Source: a virus
DNA length: 64,000 bases
Virus record (IMG/VR): IMGVR_UViG_3300020477_001447
Location: 1-64,000 of that record
Reading direction: 5' to 3' (one strand)
The notes under the pieces were generated by a model. That model was given only the letters and a program-made list of their open reading frames with translations. It did no database searches and was not told the DNA's origin. Of the stretch, positions 55,863 through 64,000 are shown in pieces (position 1 is the stretch's first letter; each line of letters begins with the position of its first letter). A program made the position numbers and the translations under genes.

Positions 55863-58800
55863 ATGGCATCTCCTCCAATTACAACCCCTCCACCCACAAC
55901 TAATGGTACCATGCCAGAAGTTAGATGGAGTCTTAAAAGCGTTAATCAGCCATACGAGGAAGCTGGTTTATACAAGGTTATTGTTCGCTCAACATCGAGA
56001 GACAAAGAGGGCACCCTTGAAGATTTTGTTACAATGTCCACTTTAGAGAGGGCGATTGATTTAGTTTATAATTTTTATGGCAAGATAGATATACCCGGAA
56101 CCGATAGTTCCGGTGGTTCTGGGCATGCATCTAAAACTTTAAAAGAGAAAATTACACCAGAAAGTGCTATGGCCGGCTCAAACGTTGTAGCTATGACAGT
56201 GGTGGATCATTTTATTGATGATCGGCCAAACTCTGCTATAAAGCTTTTAATAACTTTTAGCAAGATGGCTATAGATCGAAAAGCCGATTATACTTTTGAT
56301 CCATCTCAGATAGTCCATCAAAAACACTTTGAGTTTCAATCTTTAGAGAGACAGGTTAAGAAACTAAAAAAACTATTTATGGATTACCATAATGTTGCAA
56401 AATTTTTTGATGGAAGAATAAGCCCGTATATTAATTTTAAAAAAGAATATGAAAGGTTAGCGTCTTGGTATGACTCTCTTGTTGAGTTTGTCGAGTTTAA
56501 CAACATAAGAAAAACATCAGATGAGAATGACACAATCATACTCAGCTTAGATGAAAATTATGGTCTATTACAAGTAGAGGTAATCCAGCAAGGGATAGCA
56601 AGCACCCTGCTTAGAGGGTACGATCATTATAAATCAAAAACTGCTCTAGGGAATGCAAGAACAAACGCACTTTCTTTGAATATTACAGAAATATCTAAAG
56701 TTCGTAAAGATCCTATAACTTGGAGTGAGTTTATAAAAAGGTATTTTATCGCTGGATCATCAACAGAACAAATAAAGATTACTCACACGGGTCGCTCAAG
56801 AACACCGTCAGTGAGTGATGAAATGGCTGCGGAAGCTAATGACAAAAATAAACTTTTTCAAACAGAGGCCGACGCGGAAGAAGAAAGGCGACAGATTAGG
56901 CTCAACACACAAAGGTCGCAGCGAATGTACAATGAAGCTGCATCAGAAGCCGAAACAAGCCTTGAACAAGATCTAAGAAAAATTGCAAAAGAAATTAAGA
57001 AAATAAACAGTGCTGAAAAGCTAGTCCGTGACTTTATCATGAGGTACGGTATTGACAATCTTATTTCCGCTGGCTTAGAGTGTCTTGCTAGCCGCGCAGG
57101 AATAGATCCAGATAGTATTCCACCAATTCCGGGTATTGATCCATATTCACTACCAACCCCCCCAACAGAGATTAAATTTCCAAAATTTCCAATGGAAATT
57201 CCAACATTTGATCCGGCTGCAGAAATACAAAAAGGAATAAAGGAGGGCATGAAAAAGGCCCTGGAGGAAGCTATCAAGGCAATGGTTAATGCAGTTGCAG
57301 ACATGATTAGTGATATGTGTGCTGATAAGGATTATGGACAAGCAGAGCCATTATCATTGGCAATAACTGGTAATTTAACTCCAATAGAGGAAGACAAGGG
57401 CCCCGGCGCTTTAGATTCCTGTTTTGAAGATCACGGCATGACAAGAAACGAAGGAATCATGTTTGTTGATTCAGTATCTGATGTGCTGTCTCCAACGGAA
57501 GTTTGTGACTTGTTAAATGGCTCTCCCTCCACTAGTGTGATGGAAGCTATACTTGATATTGTTGGCCAGCAAAACTTAGAACTTAATTTTATGACAGAAG
57601 AGTCTGTTCTTGATTTCTTTGGCTGTCTCGGTGACTTAATAGATCCGAGCTATTGCGATGCAATTTATAATCCTCCGATACTCCCAGCAGAGGTGGATCC
57701 TTGTTTGTTTGAAGATTCCCTCATTGATGCTCTCGGAGACGAACAGGCATTTAATGATCTAAATGATCTATTAGATTTAATAAATAACGATGAACCAGTA
57801 ACCGACCCAATGTCAATCTGTGAATCCGGTATAATTCCAGCACTCAGTGGTATGCCTGCTATGGCTCACTCGATGGGCAAAGCTCTAGACGGAGTTTTGG
57901 GCCCCGCTCAGACTTCATTTATAAATGACGTTAGTGGGTTAAAGAGCCTGTATTTGAGGGTTGATAGAAGTCAACCTAATTTTGAATTGATTGAGCAGCT
58001 CGTTGCCGCTGGAGCCCTTAATACACCATCGGAAGAGGAGGAAGCAGCCCGAGAAGAAAAGATGAACTCTTTAAACAATTTCTTTGCGTTAGATGCTTTT
58101 GCTGGAAATGAAGACTTAGCCAACATTGCTTCTTTGGTGGAACGTGGAAATAATGCAGTCATGGCTGGCGCAAAATTTGTGGTGCAAGCTCCAATACGAA
58201 GAACATTGCTAAACTTTGTAGAGGAAATTCAAACGCCTTGGAATCCTGAGATTCCAAATTCATTTAATTGGGCCTTCTCTATCGGTACCGATTCTGATGA
58301 TATTCATTTTGGTTCTCCAAACCTGATAGCAATACAGGACACTCAAAGCGGCGATACGATGTCTCATCCCGAAGGCATAGAGATTCCAGAGTTATACAAC
58401 GCTAGCTACACAACCGCCAGAAATTTAACCGCTATGGAATTCGGTCAAAAGATTCGGGATTCATTATCTTCCCTTGGTGGCTCTTCCAGCGCAGCAGTGA
58501 TGAATGATTTGGCAAATGTTGAATATTTCAATACAGTTTTATACATGGCAGAGAGCGCAGCAGAAGGTATTCTTAATTCAGACCTGTTCGATTCAGAGGA
58601 GTTTAGAAAGTTTTCACTTGTTCCTGTGCCATGTCAAGACGGCACAGAATTAAACGCTGCAGATCTTCTAGATATAGAGAATATTAAGCAGACAGCCTTA
58701 AACGACTTTTTTCAAGGCGCTTGTATTGAAGGGGATTATGAAATTGGCCCCCTTGAAGATGCGATGATGTTCGCAGTGACAAATGTTTACATTCAGGTTT

Positions 58801-61250
58801 ATGTTGTGGAGCAGTTGTTAAAGAACATATTCTTGTTTAACACATATGGAACAGCCGAAGTGCTGTCAGATCCGGTGTTATTAAAGAAGATGGTCGAAGA
58901 TATAAAAAACAGCTTCTCTATCGAAGCAGAAAGAATATCACCAGAAGACCCGTCCTCAGTTGAGCCCTCTCTTCATACAACGATTGAAGAACTAAGCAAG
59001 ATATATGTTAGAAAATTACTAGCTGCTCCACCAGAAAATAGTTTACCAGATTTAATTAACGAAGGGCAGTTTATTTTAATGGAACCATCCGAGGTCACAG
59101 CAGCCTTCGCGCTGGAATACATTGTTCAGAAAAGATTAAAGGATGCTTCAGAGACAATAGGTGCTATCCTAACTGGTGGCTCTACCGCATCTTTTCATGG
59201 TCAATATTTAGCCAATGGTTTACCAACATCTGAGTTGTGGACCCCTAGAGACGGCACTTTAGAACTACAACAATCTTCAGGTGGCAATGGATACACTTAC
59301 AAATACCTTCTTGATGTACCAATTGGGGCTGCTGACGAAGATTACAGCCCTGAACTTCCAGCAGTGCCATCTTCTGGTTTGGGAATTGAAAGATACGTGT
59401 TGATGCACTTAAATGAAACACTTGTCTCTACACTGTCTGGGTTAGAACAATATATCATTAATAATATTATAATACCTGAACTTGGCCCTCACTTCCAACA
59501 ACAGGCTGATCGCCGTCGTTATATTCTGTCTTTTGATGAATTTAGCACGTTTTTAACTCGCAGTGCTCAGTTCGCAGATGTTTCTGAAATATTAGATGAA
59601 CTGCCGCCGGTAACCTTAGCCGCGGCTAATGGCTCTGGTGTTTCTAGAAAAGATATTAAGATTGACGAGAACAATTATGAAGCATTAAGGTTTATGTCAA
59701 ATCTTATATCACACGAGATGGATGGCTCTACAGCGTTAATCGGACCATTGAGAGATGCTACACAAACAGGCGATCAATACCCAGATCCCCTGACAGATCA
59801 TGCAGAAAAATTATTCATACCAGAGAGTTTTTGGACAACCACATATGGTCAACCGCGCGCAGACTGGACTGCCCCTCATTATATATACAACGATGATTTT
59901 GATGAAATGTCCGTTGGCTTCCCAGATAGTTGGGGAGAATATAATCCATCTCTCGGCGCCGATCCTGCCACACCGAATGTACCAAGGAGGATTTACTTAA
60001 CTCCTCCAAATAATGGAAACTGGGTCTCTAACGGCGTTGTTCAGTATAATCAGTTTAAATATTATTCCCCACAAGGACACGCAGAACAGGTGGACCCAAA
60101 CGAAACCCAGCCTGCTGGCATTTTAAATTTCTGGTCTGCTGTAGAAAACTTCCCAGTCTTTTTAAGGGAAATTCCACTATCGGTCCTTCGCGATCTTAAC
60201 AATCAGCCATCTATCGCGCCCAGTGGAGATTATCAGTTCTCTCAGACAGCGCCACCATTCTCAACTGTGTTCGAAAATATTCGTTTAGGCGCCAGATTAA
60301 TTTATTATACGCCATACAAACAGTTCTCTGAATTAGAACCCCGCGGTTACTTTGAAACATATGGTCAAGATTTGACTCAGCAAGAACAGAAGTGGTTAGA
60401 GTATAGAACAGGTCCACCAATAAGGGGTGGCAATAACAAATACATTTTCCCAGTAGATATAGGGGCGTATGGTGCTATTCAGATTGCTGAAAACAGACAG
60501 GAGTTACTTGGCTCTTCATCAAATTACATATATGCCAAGTTTAGATCATCAAAGTCAGAACTGTATGAATCTTTAGCCTCGTCTGCTGGCTATCGAGATT
60601 TGTTTGTTAATGACTTGTATGGGTCTCCGATACTACCGGCAAGAGAAATAATTGCATTCTTTGCGTTACTAAGTCAAGCTGTGTCCGACAATAAATCTGC
60701 CGACATCAATAAAATGTTTGATGATACTAAGTTAAATTTAAGATTTGTAATGCGCGCCTTATTAGCCGGCAATGATTATGCGTTTGAAGATCCGGAAGAC
60801 CGATCTTCTGCGCAAGCAGCTCGCGATGCAGTTTTAGGCATTGTAGGCGCCGGCGCAGCTCCGTTTGCGCAAATGGGCGCGTCTTTTGTACTTAAAATGT
60901 TGATAGAAACTCCAAAAATGATTGTTAAAGGGTTGGCTGAAATATTAGACCCTCACGTTGTAATAGGTACACAGATAAGAAATATAACAGGTCCAATATT
61001 ACAATCAATACCATCCTCTTTGCCGTTTGATGAACTGCTGCAGCTGCTGCAAGAGGAGATAGAGACGAAAGCAGACCAAGATGGAATTCCAGGGCCGCTA
61101 GTACCTCAAATTAAAAAGACGGGTATAGACATGGTTGGCAAATTACCATTACTGTTTTTGCCGCCACCAACACCGCTTGGGATACTTTATATCTTGTTAA
61201 ATATGAATTTAGAAGACCTAATTGAATTGCCAGATTGTGATTCGGAGTAA
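55863..61250 (+). CDS. very large (1795 aa) putative baseplate/tail-associated protein
   Basis: Long ORF between spike-like gene and gp25; no motif recognised. Confidence 0.6.
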   Translation: MASPPITTPPPTTNGTMPEVRWSLKSVNQPYEEAGLYKVIVRSTSRDKEGTLEDFVTMSTLERAIDLVYNFYGKIDIPGTDSSGGSGHASKTLKEKITPESAMAGSNVVAMTVVDHFIDDRPNSAIKLLITFSKMAIDRKADYTFDPSQIVHQKHFEFQSLERQVKKLKKLFMDYHNVAKFFDGRISPYINFKKEYERLASWYDSLVEFVEFNNIRKTSDENDTIILSLDENYGLLQVEVIQQGIASTLLRGYDHYKSKTALGNARTNALSLNITEISKVRKDPITWSEFIKRYFIAGSSTEQIKITHTGRSRTPSVSDEMAAEANDKNKLFQTEADAEEERRQIRLNTQRSQRMYNEAASEAETSLEQDLRKIAKEIKKINSAEKLVRDFIMRYGIDNLISAGLECLASRAGIDPDSIPPIPGIDPYSLPTPPTEIKFPKFPMEIPTFDPAAEIQKGIKEGMKKALEEAIKAMVNAVADMISDMCADKDYGQAEPLSLAITGNLTPIEEDKGPGALDSCFEDHGMTRNEGIMFVDSVSDVLSPTEVCDLLNGSPSTSVMEAILDIVGQQNLELNFMTEESVLDFFGCLGDLIDPSYCDAIYNPPILPAEVDPCLFEDSLIDALGDEQAFNDLNDLLDLINNDEPVTDPMSICESGIIPALSGMPAMAHSMGKALDGVLGPAQTSFINDVSGLKSLYLRVDRSQPNFELIEQLVAAGALNTPSEEEEAAREEKMNSLNNFFALDAFAGNEDLANIASLVERGNNAVMAGAKFVVQAPIRRTLLNFVEEIQTPWNPEIPNSFNWAFSIGTDSDDIHFGSPNLIAIQDTQSGDTMSHPEGIEIPELYNASYTTARNLTAMEFGQKIRDSLSSLGGSSSAAVMNDLANVEYFNTVLYMAESAAEGILNSDLFDSEEFRKFSLVPVPCQDGTELNAADLLDIENIKQTALNDFFQGACIEGDYEIGPLEDAMMFAVTNVYIQVYVVEQLLKNIFLFNTYGTAEVLSDPVLLKKMVEDIKNSFSIEAERISPEDPSSVEPSLHTTIEELSKIYVRKLLAAPPENSLPDLINEGQFILMEPSEVTAAFALEYIVQKRLKDASETIGAILTGGSTASFHGQYLANGLPTSELWTPRDGTLELQQSSGGNGYTYKYLLDVPIGAADEDYSPELPAVPSSGLGIERYVLMHLNETLVSTLSGLEQYIINNIIIPELGPHFQQQADRRRYILSFDEFSTFLTRSAQFADVSEILDELPPVTLAAANGSGVSRKDIKIDENNYEALRFMSNLISHEMDGSTALIGPLRDATQTGDQYPDPLTDHAEKLFIPESFWTTTYGQPRADWTAPHYIYNDDFDEMSVGFPDSWGEYNPSLGADPATPNVPRRIYLTPPNNGNWVSNGVVQYNQFKYYSPQGHAEQVDPNETQPAGILNFWSAVENFPVFLREIPLSVLRDLNNQPSIAPSGDYQFSQTAPPFSTVFENIRLGARLIYYTPYKQFSELEPRGYFETYGQDLTQQEQKWLEYRTGPPIRGGNNKYIFPVDIGAYGAIQIAENRQELLGSSSNYIYAKFRSSKSELYESLASSAGYRDLFVNDLYGSPILPAREIIAFFALLSQAVSDNKSADINKMFDDTKLNLRFVMRALLAGNDYAFEDPEDRSSAQAARDAVLGIVGAGAAPFAQMGASFVLKMLIETPKMIVKGLAEILDPHVVIGTQIRNITGPILQSIPSSLPFDELLQLLQEEIETKADQDGIPGPLVPQIKKTGIDMVGKLPLLFLPPPTPLGILYILLNMNLEDLIELPDCDSE

Positions 61251-61298
61251 GAATGAGTAAATTAATTCAACCTTTAACTAAATATAACAGGTAAAGTT

Positions 61299-61694
61299 AT
61301 GAAAGGTTTATCACCAAAATTTCCACTTGTTTTGAACACGGCTGAAATTACATATCAGCTTAATGTCTCGTACAAGGAGATGATCGCACAAAATTTAAAG
61401 AATTTATTGTTAACAAGTCCAGGCGAACGAGTCATGGAGCCAAACTTCGGTGTTGGTTTAAGAAATTACTTTTTCGAACCTCTGTTACCAGAAACTCTCA
61501 TCCAGATAAGAGAAAATGTATACTCTCAGGTAGGAACGTACATGCCGTTTGTTGAGATAATAGATGTTGAGTTTTTTGAATCAGATGATGTTGGAGCGAA
61601 CCCTAATATGCTTTCTGTAAAAATTATGTATGCAATAACTCCTTTACAAGAGGTGGACACGCTTAGCATAAATAATGATTTTTTAACTTCTTAA
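61299..61694 (+). CDS. baseplate wedge protein, gp25/GPW-like
   Basis: QNLKNLLLTSPGER.M.PNFG.GL..Y.FE. Confidence 0.9.
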   Translation: MKGLSPKFPLVLNTAEITYQLNVSYKEMIAQNLKNLLLTSPGERVMEPNFGVGLRNYFFEPLLPETLIQIRENVYSQVGTYMPFVEIIDVEFFESDDVGANPNMLSVKIMYAITPLQEVDTLSINNDFLTS

Positions 61695-61708
61695 CGGGAA
61701 ACTAACTT

Positions 61709-63505
61709 ATGGCTAAAAAAATTAAATCAATTGATTATACAAGCAGAGACTTTGAGTCTATTAGGCAAGACTTAATCAATTATACAAAAAAATACTATCC
61801 TGACTCTTTTAAGGACTTTAATGAGGCTGGGTTTGGAGCATTGATGCTCGATAGTGTTGCTTATGTTGGCGATATGCTTTCTTTCTACTTGGATTATCAA
61901 GCAAATGAAAGCTTTCTAGAAACATCGATGGAATATGCGAACATTGTCAAACACGGAAGACAGATGGGGTACAAATACCCAGGAGTACCTTCTTCTTCTG
62001 GGTTAGTTTCTTTGTATATTACAGTACCGGCCAACGCAGACGGCACCGGCCCAGACATGTCATATGTCCCAACTCTTCTTAAAGGAACCCAGTTTACGTC
62101 TTTAAATGGTAGCATTTATACATTAATGGAAGATGTTTATTTTGGAAATGCGACCAACGAAGTGGTTGTATCAACTGTGGACTCCTCCACTGGCGTACCG
62201 ACAAATTTTGCTATTAAAACATCAGGCTTAGCCATTTCTGGTCGTTTAATATCGCAAGAAGAGACAGTGGGTGATTTTCAAAAATTCTTGCGCATAGGAT
62301 TGAACAACCCAAATGCTACTGAAATTGTTTCATGTGTTGACTCCGAAGGTCATGAATATTTTGAAGTGGATCATCTTTCTCAAAATGTTATTTACAAAGC
62401 AATACGAAACAACAATCAACATAGAAAATCCACACCATCAATCCTCAAAGCAGTCCCTGTACCTAGAAGGTTTGTTTTAGAGAGATCCCCAGGTGTAGCA
62501 TTCCTTCAGTTTGGCTACGGTAGTGATAATGAATTAGTAAATTCCAGTGTTGTTGATCCAGCAAACATTGTAATGAACATTCATGGTCGCGACTATTCTG
62601 TAGATGAAGCTTTTGACCCAACAAAACTTACTGCTACTGATAAGTTTGGAATAGTTCCATCGAACACAACGCTTAATATAGTTTTTAGAGCTAACGCATC
62701 AACAGATGTTAATGCTAGTGTTGGCACAATTAACGGAGTTTCTTTGCCGCTATTTAAATTTACAAACCAGGGCGCCCTAAATGCAGGTTTAAGAACTACA
62801 GTTCGTGGTTCTTTGGAGGTTTTGAATGAGGAACCTTTTGTTGGGGACGTTGCTGTGCCTAGTGGTACAGAACTTAAACAAAGAATGTATAGTTTTTATG
62901 CAACTCAGAATCGCGCAGTCACTGCTGAAGACTACAAGAGCATGGTTTATGCAATGCCCGGACGTTTCGGGGCTGTAAAGAAATGCTCTGTTTCTCGGGA
63001 TTTTGATTCTTTTAAGAGAAACTTAAACTTGTATGTTGTCTCTGTTGATTCGAATAATAAATTAAGTCTAGCCAACACAACAATAAAAAATAATATTAAA
63101 ACTTGGCTAAATCGGTATAAAATGATAAATGACACTGTTGACATATTAGATGCTAAGATTGTTAATTTTGGTATCAAGTTTATTGTTGTCGCAGACTATG
63201 AAGAAAACAAGTATGATGTTTTGAATCGGGCAACTGCAGCTTTGAAAGAACACTTTTTAACAAATAGCTTTGATATTGGAGAGCCTATTTATATTACAGA
63301 CATTTATAAGGCCCTACAAAAAGTGAAAGGTGTCGTAGATGTGGTTGACGTTATAGTTGTGCAGAAGCGTGGTGGTGTATATTCAAACACAACCTATGAC
63401 TTCGAAGCAGCAATATCCAACGACGGAAGAAAGATTTTAGCAGAAGAGGATCTTGTGTTTGAATTGAAATATAGAAATACAGACATTGTAGGAAGCGTTT
63501 CATAA
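61709..63505 (+). CDS. baseplate wedge subunit (T4 gp6 / baseplate J-like)
   Basis: YTSRDFESIR..L, AYVGD.LSFYLD.Q.NE, QFG.G, QNRAVT.EDY. Confidence 0.88.
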   Translation: MAKKIKSIDYTSRDFESIRQDLINYTKKYYPDSFKDFNEAGFGALMLDSVAYVGDMLSFYLDYQANESFLETSMEYANIVKHGRQMGYKYPGVPSSSGLVSLYITVPANADGTGPDMSYVPTLLKGTQFTSLNGSIYTLMEDVYFGNATNEVVVSTVDSSTGVPTNFAIKTSGLAISGRLISQEETVGDFQKFLRIGLNNPNATEIVSCVDSEGHEYFEVDHLSQNVIYKAIRNNNQHRKSTPSILKAVPVPRRFVLERSPGVAFLQFGYGSDNELVNSSVVDPANIVMNIHGRDYSVDEAFDPTKLTATDKFGIVPSNTTLNIVFRANASTDVNASVGTINGVSLPLFKFTNQGALNAGLRTTVRGSLEVLNEEPFVGDVAVPSGTELKQRMYSFYATQNRAVTAEDYKSMVYAMPGRFGAVKKCSVSRDFDSFKRNLNLYVVSVDSNNKLSLANTTIKNNIKTWLNRYKMINDTVDILDAKIVNFGIKFIVVADYEENKYDVLNRATAALKEHFLTNSFDIGEPIYITDIYKALQKVKGVVDVVDVIVVQKRGGVYSNTTYDFEAAISNDGRKILAEEDLVFELKYRNTDIVGSVS

Positions 63506-64000
63506 TGGCCATTAAAAGATATAAAGCAAGTAAAGATACAACCATATCAAACTCATATGATTTTTCCCTCTTGCCTAGAAATAGAGCAACTGGTTCGAAC
63601 ATGGGTGCTGCAGACACTCTAGAAATCTTTTCGATATATGGCCAAGTATCTTCATCGGGCAAGCAAGAGGCAGTTGGCCTGTCGTCAGAACTTTCCAGAG
63701 TTTTGATTGGCTTCCCAGTTAGTGGATCAACAGAAACAATTGGGTCTGACCGAAATGCTGGAAAAATTCCTGTCTCTGGGAACGTAAAGTTCTTTTTGCG
63801 AATGTTTAATGCAAAGCATGCAGCCACAACTCCAAGAAACATTAAATTAGTTGTTGCAGCTGTATCAGCCAGTGCCGACTGGGAAGAGGGAACTGGCATA
63901 GATTTAGATGAGTATAAAGACAAAACTCATGACGAAGAGGGCGCAAACTGGATTAGATACGCATCTAATAAATCTTGGGACCGCCCCGGCGGAACATTTT
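63505..64000 (+). CDS. virion protein, DNRLRE-like domain (3'-truncated)
   Basis: Manual translation MAIKRYKASKDTTISN...SN.G..DTLE...SRVLIGF...WEEGTG...ANW...W..PGG; TAATG coupled; open to window end. Confidence 0.65.
   Translation, partial: MAIKRYKASKDTTISNSYDFSLLPRNRATGSNMGAADTLEIFSIYGQVSSSGKQEAVGLSSELSRVLIGFPVSGSTETIGSDRNAGKIPVSGNVKFFLRMFNAKHAATTPRNIKLVVAAVSASADWEEGTGIDLDEYKDKTHDEEGANWIRYASNKSWDRPGGTF

Overview
The window is a 64-kb segment of a large, AT-rich myovirus-like (jumbo-type) phage genome, with almost all genes on the + strand and the standard genetic code. In order it contains: (i) ~2.3-14.1 kb, many small acidic/basic proteins sharing N-terminal leader peptides (MKITKQRLKEIIKEE x4, nearly identical at DNA level; W[KR][KR]FLxE x3) and (I/L)xE motifs, which I interpret as capsid-packaged cargo; (ii) a tmRNA, 9 tRNAs, a TrmH methylase and assorted auxiliary genes (UvsE at 1.3 kb, aminotransferase, DUF2827, J-domain); (iii) repeat-rich fibre-like virion proteins; (iv) a complete YeaH(DUF444)-SpoVR-PrkA(YeaG) module followed by PIN-PhoH; (v) a ~14-kb glycan locus with GT2/GT4 enzymes, methyltransferases, NeuB, two NeuA and two GT29-like sialyltransferases; (vi) a phage sigma factor and a contractile-tail baseplate module. 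In the baseplate module, two paralogous hub-like proteins carry an SGNH esterase and a GH104-like lytic transglycosylase respectively. All calls come from motif recognition by eye; no database searches were run.
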